DNA from: a virus
Length of the DNA: 39,284 nt
Direction: 5' to 3' (one strand)
Virus record (IMG/VR): IMGVR_UViG_3300045988_101290
Coordinates: 1-39,284 of that record
The position numbers were made by a program, and so were the translations under genes. The notes under the pieces were generated by a model. It saw nothing but the letters and a program-made list of their open reading frames with translations, made no database searches and was not told the DNA's origin. Every line of letters begins with the position of its first letter. Within the stretch, counting starts at the first letter, position 1. Shown in pieces: positions 33,764-39,284 of this stretch.

Positions 33764-35372
33764 CGGCTACTGGGAAAAACGACAGGTACAGAGCGCTTAT
33801 GAAATATTTGAGAATGCAGAAAAAAAGGCGGATGAAATAGCAAAGGCGTATCAGAAGGCATCCAGATATCTGCAGCTGGCAGCAGATCAGGTGTTTGAAA
33901 AGTACCAGGAAAAACATGGATTGACAGAAACAGACGCAATGTATCTGTTAAACCTTATGCAGGACCGGACATCCTTGGATGAGCTCCTACAGAAGTTGAA
34001 AGCAGACGATAAGGATGAATCTAAGAAAGATCTCCTGGCAAAGCTGGAAGCTCCGGCATATGCGGCACGTCTGGACAAGTTCAGACAGTTGCAGATTCAG
34101 ATAAATACGATCATGACAAATGTGTACAAGCAGGAGCTGATAGAAAACCAAAGATTTTATACAAACTTGGCGCAGGAATCATATTATAAAAGCATATTCG
34201 ATATTCAGCAGAAAGCAGATGCAGCATTTGAGTTTGCGCACGTATCTGCAGAAAAGATAAATATGCTGCTAAACAGCAGGTGGTCCGGGAAGAACTACTC
34301 GGAAAGAATATGGAATAACACACAGGAACTGGCCGAATCTCTGAAAGAGGAAATGCTTGTCAGCATGATGACCGGACGACCGGACAGGGAAACCGCTGAG
34401 GCTATATCCTACAAATTTGCACAGGGCTCCAGCAAGGCGAGACGCCTTGTAAGAACAGAGAGTAATTATATTTTTACGGAAATGAATTTTGAAAGCTATA
34501 AGGCTTGCGGGATTAAAAAGTATAGATACCTTGCCACTCTCGATTTAAGGACTTGTGAAACGCATTGCGTACCGCTGGACGGTAAGATATTCCTGATATC
34601 CGAAAGAAAGATTGCAGAAAACTGTCCACCGATGCACCCATGGTGCAGATGCACCGTCACAGCAGTGACAGATGAAGCGGATATCCAGAGACTGCAGCGC
34701 AGCGCACTAGATCCTGAAACCGGGAAGAGGATAAAGCTACCGGCATCTATGACTTATGCTAAGTGGTACAAAGAATACGTACAAGGAAAACCGAATGCGG
34801 AGCTGGAACAAAAGAAAATCAAACATGTTGCAGAGGACAGGAAACAATATAAGCAATATAGAAAAGTAGTTGGTAAGGATGCTGGTAAAACACTGGATGC
34901 ATTCCAGGAAATGAAGTATAATAAACCTGAGGAATGGAAAGATCTGAAAGGTTATAAGAAATATCTGACAGATCATCCAGGAAACACAAAGAAAGACTAC
35001 AAAGCACAGAAAGCACTAGACAAAGCTGGAATAAAAGGTATTGCAAAGATTAAACCGGAAAAAATCGATACATCGGAATACACATACGATGAAAGTCATA
35101 TAAATACGGAGCGATCACATCAGGTAAGCAGAGCTGAGGCAGAACGCTTTATAAAAGAAGCCGATATATCGCTTACCAGATGGAACGGCAGATTTGTGAA
35201 TTACTACAGCAAGGATGGTGCTACGTATGTTGATGTGGAAAACAAAAACATCCGGACAACATTTACAAGTCAGGAGTTCGATGAGAACACATTGAAAATA
35301 AGGGAGGTGGCAGAAAAGTATGCAGCAAAGAGTAAAAAGAATAAAGTGTCCGCTGTTAAAGAAGGAAATTGA
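33756..35372 (+). CDS. MuF / SPP1 gp7-like minor head protein with ~200-aa C-terminal extension
   Basis: Signature CETHCVPLDGKIF...PPMHPWCRCTV, followed by an extra domain ending ...SHINTERSHQVSRAEAERFIKEA... Confidence 0.85.
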   Translation: MSNGYWEKRQVQSAYEIFENAEKKADEIAKAYQKASRYLQLAADQVFEKYQEKHGLTETDAMYLLNLMQDRTSLDELLQKLKADDKDESKKDLLAKLEAPAYAARLDKFRQLQIQINTIMTNVYKQELIENQRFYTNLAQESYYKSIFDIQQKADAAFEFAHVSAEKINMLLNSRWSGKNYSERIWNNTQELAESLKEEMLVSMMTGRPDRETAEAISYKFAQGSSKARRLVRTESNYIFTEMNFESYKACGIKKYRYLATLDLRTCETHCVPLDGKIFLISERKIAENCPPMHPWCRCTVTAVTDEADIQRLQRSALDPETGKRIKLPASMTYAKWYKEYVQGKPNAELEQKKIKHVAEDRKQYKQYRKVVGKDAGKTLDAFQEMKYNKPEEWKDLKGYKKYLTDHPGNTKKDYKAQKALDKAGIKGIAKIKPEKIDTSEYTYDESHINTERSHQVSRAEAERFIKEADISLTRWNGRFVNYYSKDGATYVDVENKNIRTTFTSQEFDENTLKIREVAEKYAAKSKKNKVSAVKEGN

Positions 35373-35502
35373 CGATGCTGTGTGCTATGACATCCATATG
35401 AATGTGGAAGGGCTGGCACCGAACTGGACAATACCGAAAGAGGTATTGGATACAGCGGATTATAAAGACATATGCATGAGATGTAAAAACCATAAGGAAT
35501 AA
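35320..35502 (+). CDS. small Cys-containing protein
   Basis: 60 aa (CPLL...CYD...CMRCKNH). Overlaps the end of the MuF gene. Confidence 0.45.
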   Translation: MQQRVKRIKCPLLKKEIDDAVCYDIHMNVEGLAPNWTIPKEVLDTADYKDICMRCKNHKE

Positions 35503-35503
35503 A

Positions 35504-35535
35504 TGCCATCAGTTTGATAACTGGTGGTATTTTTA
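35504..35535 (+). terminator. rho-independent terminator
   Basis: 9-bp stem including 2 G-U pairs, followed by TTTTT. Confidence 0.65.
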
Positions 35536-35545
35536 TATCAAGAAT

Positions 35546-35761
35546 ATGAAACGCAAATGGAAATACACAGTTAAATCAGATGCGGACAGAATGGCACCAA
35601 AATGGCTGGCGATCCGGATTGATAATGACATGATCAAATTTATCTATGTAATTGACGATGGGACAGCAAAACTGAAAGGAGTGAGAATAAACCATGAATT
35701 TGCAAAAATCGGTGACACGGTATGTTTCAATGGTAAGCGGCTATCAGTAGAAAGGCGGTGA
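35546..35761 (+). CDS. hypothetical protein insulated by terminators on both sides
   Basis: 71 aa with no obvious RBS. A possible promoter TTGATA-16-TATCAA lies directly upstream. Confidence 0.4.
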   Translation: MKRKWKYTVKSDADRMAPKWLAIRIDNDMIKFIYVIDDGTAKLKGVRINHEFAKIGDTVCFNGKRLSVERR

Positions 35762-35779
35762 TCCAATTATCTCCCTTTG

Positions 35780-35807
35780 AGACGCAGGGTTATGCGTCTT
35801 ATTTTTA
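35780..35807 (+). terminator. rho-independent terminator
   Basis: AGACGCA gggtta TGCGTCT followed by TATTTTTA. Confidence 0.7.
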
Positions 35808-35878
35808 TGCCTTTTTCTGCAGGCGGTAAAGAACAGAAATAACTAAGCCCGGAAGATCATCCGGCAGAAAGGAAAAAG

Positions 35879-36490
35879 ATGAAAAAAAGAAACATGAAGA
35901 TGCGGCTTAGACTACAGTTTTTTGCGGCTGAACCCGGAGGTGATGATCCGGGATCGGGAGGAGAACCTGGAGGAGGGGACCCAAAGCCAGGAACAAAGAA
36001 TGATCCTGAGCCGTTATCGTTTGATGATTTCCTGAAAGAGAAAGGGAATAAAGAAGAATTTGACAAACGTATTCAGGCGGCACTCGAGACAGAGCGGCAG
36101 AAATGGGAAGATATTTCAAACGAAAAACTGTCCGAAGCTGAAAGGCTGGCAAAAATGACATCGGCTGAGAAAGAAAAATATCTCAGCGATAAAAGGAAAA
36201 AAGAACTTGATGACAGAGAAGCAGAGATTACACGCAAAGAGCTGATGGCAGAGGCAAAGAATACACTGACAGAGAAGAAGCTCCCGGTCGAACTTGCGGA
36301 AGTGTTAAATTACGCAGATGCAGAGAGCTGCAATAAGTCTATTGCTGCTGTAGAGAAAGCGTTCGGGGCAGCAGTTGAAGCAGCTGTAAATGAACGATTG
36401 AAGGGTGGAGAACCATTAAAGAAGCCGGCAGCCGGCAATGACATGTCGGAAGAAGAGAAGATTCTTAAATATATGCGTGGAGAAATGTAA
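35879..36490 (+). CDS. scaffolding protein
   Basis: N-terminal LQFFA motif, a helical charged body, and a position upstream of the major capsid gene. Confidence 0.7.
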   Translation: MKKRNMKMRLRLQFFAAEPGGDDPGSGGEPGGGDPKPGTKNDPEPLSFDDFLKEKGNKEEFDKRIQAALETERQKWEDISNEKLSEAERLAKMTSAEKEKYLSDKRKKELDDREAEITRKELMAEAKNTLTEKKLPVELAEVLNYADAESCNKSIAAVEKAFGAAVEAAVNERLKGGEPLKKPAAGNDMSEEEKILKYMRGEM

Positions 36491-36504
36491 GGAGGAAATA
36501 AAAC

Positions 36505-37437
36505 ATGGCGATTAACACATTAGAAAAAGCTGCCCTGTTCCAGAAATCGCTGGATCTTCTGGCGGTACAGGAACTGACTACAGGCTGGATGGACAAGAAT
36601 GCCGGCCAGGTGAAATACAGTGGTGGAAAAGAGGTCAAGATCCCTAAGATGGAGCTGGACGGACTCGGAAACTACGACATGGACAACGGATTCGAAAGAG
36701 GATCTGTAAAACTCGAATATGAAACAAGAGAAATGACTCAGGACAGAGGAAGATCGTTCCAGTTAGATCCAAGAGAAGTGGATGAATCAAACTTTGTCCC
36801 AGAAGCTTCAAGGGTTATGGGTGAATTCCAGAGAACCCGCGTAATCACGGAAATTGACGCTTACCGTATCTCTAAGGTTGCTACGGATGTAATTACGGCA
36901 GATAAAGCCGGGATGATCGAATACGGCTATACCCCGGGAGCAACAGGCACATCTGCGTTGAGAAAGCTGAAAGAAGCGATCAAGGCATCAAGAGACTCCT
37001 ACTTAGGCCCGCTGGTATGCCAGGCGACAAGCGATTTCATCCTTGAACTGGAAATGGAGCTCTCTGACAGGATCAGAGTTGTAGATTTCACAAAAGGCGG
37101 AATCGTAACGAAAGTACCGATGGTGGATGGGGTTCCGATCATTGAAACATCATCTGATAGAATGGTTACGTCAATCAAGATCAACGACGGAAAAACAGAA
37201 GGGCAGAAGCAGGGAGGTTTTGAAAAAGGCACATCTGCAAAAGACATCAACTTCTTTGTGTCACCGAGCACAGCACCGATTGCTGTAACAAAGCTGGACA
37301 ACATGAGAATCTTTGATCCAAACACGAACCAGAAGGCAAATGCATGGTTACTGGACTACAGACGGTTCCACGACCTGTGGACACTGGACAATCAGATCAA
37401 ACATGTATTCTTAAGCATTAAGGAGGCAAAATTATGA
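36505..37437 (+). CDS. major capsid protein
   Basis: 310 aa with a strong AAGGAGGA RBS. Follows the scaffold gene. Confidence 0.8.
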   Translation: MAINTLEKAALFQKSLDLLAVQELTTGWMDKNAGQVKYSGGKEVKIPKMELDGLGNYDMDNGFERGSVKLEYETREMTQDRGRSFQLDPREVDESNFVPEASRVMGEFQRTRVITEIDAYRISKVATDVITADKAGMIEYGYTPGATGTSALRKLKEAIKASRDSYLGPLVCQATSDFILELEMELSDRIRVVDFTKGGIVTKVPMVDGVPIIETSSDRMVTSIKINDGKTEGQKQGGFEKGTSAKDINFFVSPSTAPIAVTKLDNMRIFDPNTNQKANAWLLDYRRFHDLWTLDNQIKHVFLSIKEAKL

Positions 37438-37700
37438 TCTTAGTGAAAGGAAACGTGGAAAGAGAAACAGAATCGATAGCAACGATCGCCCTTCTTAAGA
37501 AAGAAGGGTTTAAAGAATTACCCAGTGCGCCGGAAGAAGATAAAACGGCAGAAGGTACTCCGGTAGAATATGAGTCTAAACCGGATCTGGAATCCATGAG
37601 CCTTGAAGAACTGAAGGCACTTGCGAAAGAAAAAGGGATGTCAGGAGTATCGTCTCTTAATAAAAATCAGTTAAAAGAAGTGTTAAAGGATATGGTGTAA
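37434..37700 (+). CDS. small head-associated protein with Rho_N/SAP-like C-terminal motif
   Basis: SLEELKALAKEKGMSGVSSLNKNQLKEVLK. Confidence 0.5.
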   Translation: MILVKGNVERETESIATIALLKKEGFKELPSAPEEDKTAEGTPVEYESKPDLESMSLEELKALAKEKGMSGVSSLNKNQLKEVLKDMV

Positions 37701-38012
37701 ATGGCAAACTCGGTTGAAAGAATCATGAAAAAGACCGGACTGGATGAAGATTCTGCAAAAGAACTGTTAGAAGACGCAGAAGCGTGGATCTTGGGATATA
37801 CGAACAGAAAACGCTTGCCGGCCGCACTGGAACCGGTACAGAGAGAGATTGCGATCATCGCATTCAACAGGGATGGAACCGAAGGAGAAAGCGCAAGGAG
37901 TGAAGCTGGAGAGTCATATACATTCAATGACATTCCGGATCATACCTATGCGGTACTGAATAGATTCCGCCTGGTAAGAGTGGGAGGCAGAACCTATGAG
38001 AATGAGAACTAA
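37701..38012 (+). CDS. head-tail connector (gp6-like)
   Basis: 103 aa. Assigned from position and the typical N-terminal helical pattern. Confidence 0.65.
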   Translation: MANSVERIMKKTGLDEDSAKELLEDAEAWILGYTNRKRLPAALEPVQREIAIIAFNRDGTEGESARSEAGESYTFNDIPDHTYAVLNRFRLVRVGGRTYENEN

Positions 38013-38364
38013 AAATGTAAAAGAGTACCATCTGAAGAAAAAAGTGGTAAGAAAAGATGGTGAAGGCGGGACGTACACAGAGTATGGCTCGCTTTTTGAG
38101 TTCTCCGGAGAAGCATGGCCGGCAGGAGGAAAGATCCAGGCGGAGATATACGGGGAGAGACTCTCGTACATCTACAATCTTCGCATGAATGAAAAATACC
38201 ATGTCCAGACCGATGAAGACGGAATCACACACTATGTATTCGACTCGGGGCTGGATGTGGTAGAAGGTGATGGAATATGCCTGTTCACGGAAGATGAACC
38301 AGACTATAAGATCATTTCAATTAAACCGTTAAGATTCCTGAGAATGGAGATTGAGAAGTTATGA
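37996..38364 (+). CDS. head closure / head-tail adaptor
   Basis: 122 aa. Assigned from position. Confidence 0.55.
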   Translation: MRMRTKNVKEYHLKKKVVRKDGEGGTYTEYGSLFEFSGEAWPAGGKIQAEIYGERLSYIYNLRMNEKYHVQTDEDGITHYVFDSGLDVVEGDGICLFTEDEPDYKIISIKPLRFLRMEIEKL

Positions 38365-38873
38365 TCGAAGGTGCAGATAAGCTCCAGAAGAAACTGGAAG
38401 AAATGGCGAAGGTAAATCTAAAAAATGGAATCGCAAGAGGAATTGCACTGGTGCAAGAGAATGCAAAGCATATTGCACCGGTGCATGACGGCGAACTCCG
38501 CCAGAAGATCATGACGGATGTGTCCGAATTGGGAGATGGCACAGTAAGGGGTACCTGCTGGGCGAATGTAGCATATGACAGGTATGTGGAATTAGGAACT
38601 GGTCCAAAAGGACAAGCCTCTCATAATGGCATATCTCCGAACATATCTCCGGCTTACACACAGTCCCCGTGGTGGATACACGAAGGTCCTGGAGCGGATG
38701 AAATCGACAGAGCTACTGCGGAGCACTACCATTTTCCGTATATAGACACGAAGGACGGAAGGTTCTATCAGTGCACCGGACAGCCGGCACAGCCGTTCCT
38801 GTATCCGGCTCTGAAGAACAACGAAGATAGGATTACAGAGATCATCGGTGAGGAGTTAAAGAAACAGTTATGA
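38361..38873 (+). CDS. HK97 gp10-like neck/tail protein
   Basis: Motifs AKHIAPVHDGELRQ and NVAYDRYVELGTG. Confidence 0.65.
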   Translation: MIEGADKLQKKLEEMAKVNLKNGIARGIALVQENAKHIAPVHDGELRQKIMTDVSELGDGTVRGTCWANVAYDRYVELGTGPKGQASHNGISPNISPAYTQSPWWIHEGPGADEIDRATAEHYHFPYIDTKDGRFYQCTGQPAQPFLYPALKNNEDRITEIIGEELKKQL

Positions 38874-39226
38874 AAAATATCAAAGACAAGGTTTTTTCTG
38901 CGCTGGAAGAAAAGTTTGAGAATGTAACAAGGTCTTATCCGAGCGACTGGAAGAAGTTGCCGGTAATCCAGCTTACGGAAGAAGAGAACAAAGTGTATGA
39001 AAGAACGGACAAAGAAGAAAAGGCGTATGTCCGGTATAAAATTGATGTCTGGCACAACCGTTCTACGTCGCCTGCGGCATTAAAGGTAGATGAAACAATT
39101 TGTAAAAAGATCGGATTGATTCGAACAGGATGTACAGATACACCGGATCCATCTGGTATGGAACATAAGGTGATGAGATATGAAGGCATTATAGACATGA
39201 ATTCAGACATGGTTTATTGGACGTAA
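38870..39226 (+). CDS. tail completion/terminator-like protein
   Basis: 118 aa, the last gene before the major tail protein across the circular junction. Confidence 0.45.
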   Translation: MKNIKDKVFSALEEKFENVTRSYPSDWKKLPVIQLTEEENKVYERTDKEEKAYVRYKIDVWHNRSTSPAALKVDETICKKIGLIRTGCTDTPDPSGMEHKVMRYEGIIDMNSDMVYWT

Positions 39227-39284
39227 AGGAGTGATGAAAAAATGTTAGCAAATGGCGCAACACTGGCTTACAGAGAAAAAAAAG
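39200..39284. repeat. terminal overlap identical to 1..85
   Basis: Direct reading. Confidence 0.95.

Noticed and set aside
1-39284. Stop-codon recoding, tRNA genes and CRISPR arrays.
   Set aside because: All large structural and replication genes are intact under the standard code. I saw no T-loop-type tRNA signatures (GGTTCGAATCC-like) and no regularly spaced short repeats. A tRNAscan or CRISPR-finder run would settle this.

Overview
The window is one complete, circularly assembled temperate siphovirus-like phage genome. Bases 1-85 are identical to 39200-39284, giving a unit length of 39199 bp. The host is probably a Clostridia/Firmicutes bacterium, judging from GGAGG-type RBSs, Cheo-type SOS boxes, a GH25 endolysin and a clostridial-style miaB 5' fragment.

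Gene order:
- major tail protein, G/GT chaperones with a -1 frameshift, tape measure, distal tail proteins and a small receptor-binding gene (43-9118)
- lysis cassette (9247-10934)
- AT-rich minus-strand block (11034-12190)
- miaB 5' fragment plus large serine integrase (12221-14244)
- immunity region (14407-16000)
- small early/accessory genes (16022-18401)
- replication module: HUH Rep, RNase H-like, PcfK/PcfJ-like, ParB-like HTH, NinG/HNH-like (18588-24239)
- orphan type I-like methyltransferase with a half-size S subunit (24196-25810)
- small genes, a second (tyrosine) recombinase and an ArpU/RinA-like regulator (25824-29949)
- terminase, portal, MuF, scaffold, capsid and neck genes (30109-39226)

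Main hunt result: the AT-rich block is best read as four silent, start-less tail-fibre tip cassettes, not as genes. They lie in inverted orientation to the expressed receptor-binding gene 8369-9118. All five units share the same in-frame core AAATAGCAAG (N-S-K), which suggests a shufflon-like host-range switch by DNA inversion. A perfect 20-bp inverted repeat brackets the lysis cassette that sits inside the invertible span.

Other notable signals:
- a dispersed family of 16-bp parS-like palindromes together with a ParA-less ParB-like protein
- a predicted attP inside a phage-borne miaB 5' fragment that has its own consensus promoter
- two perfect or near-perfect LexA boxes flanking a strong promoter for a 36-codon ORF, next to a non-cleavable repressor

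All of this comes from reading the sequence by eye. No database searches or computations were run.
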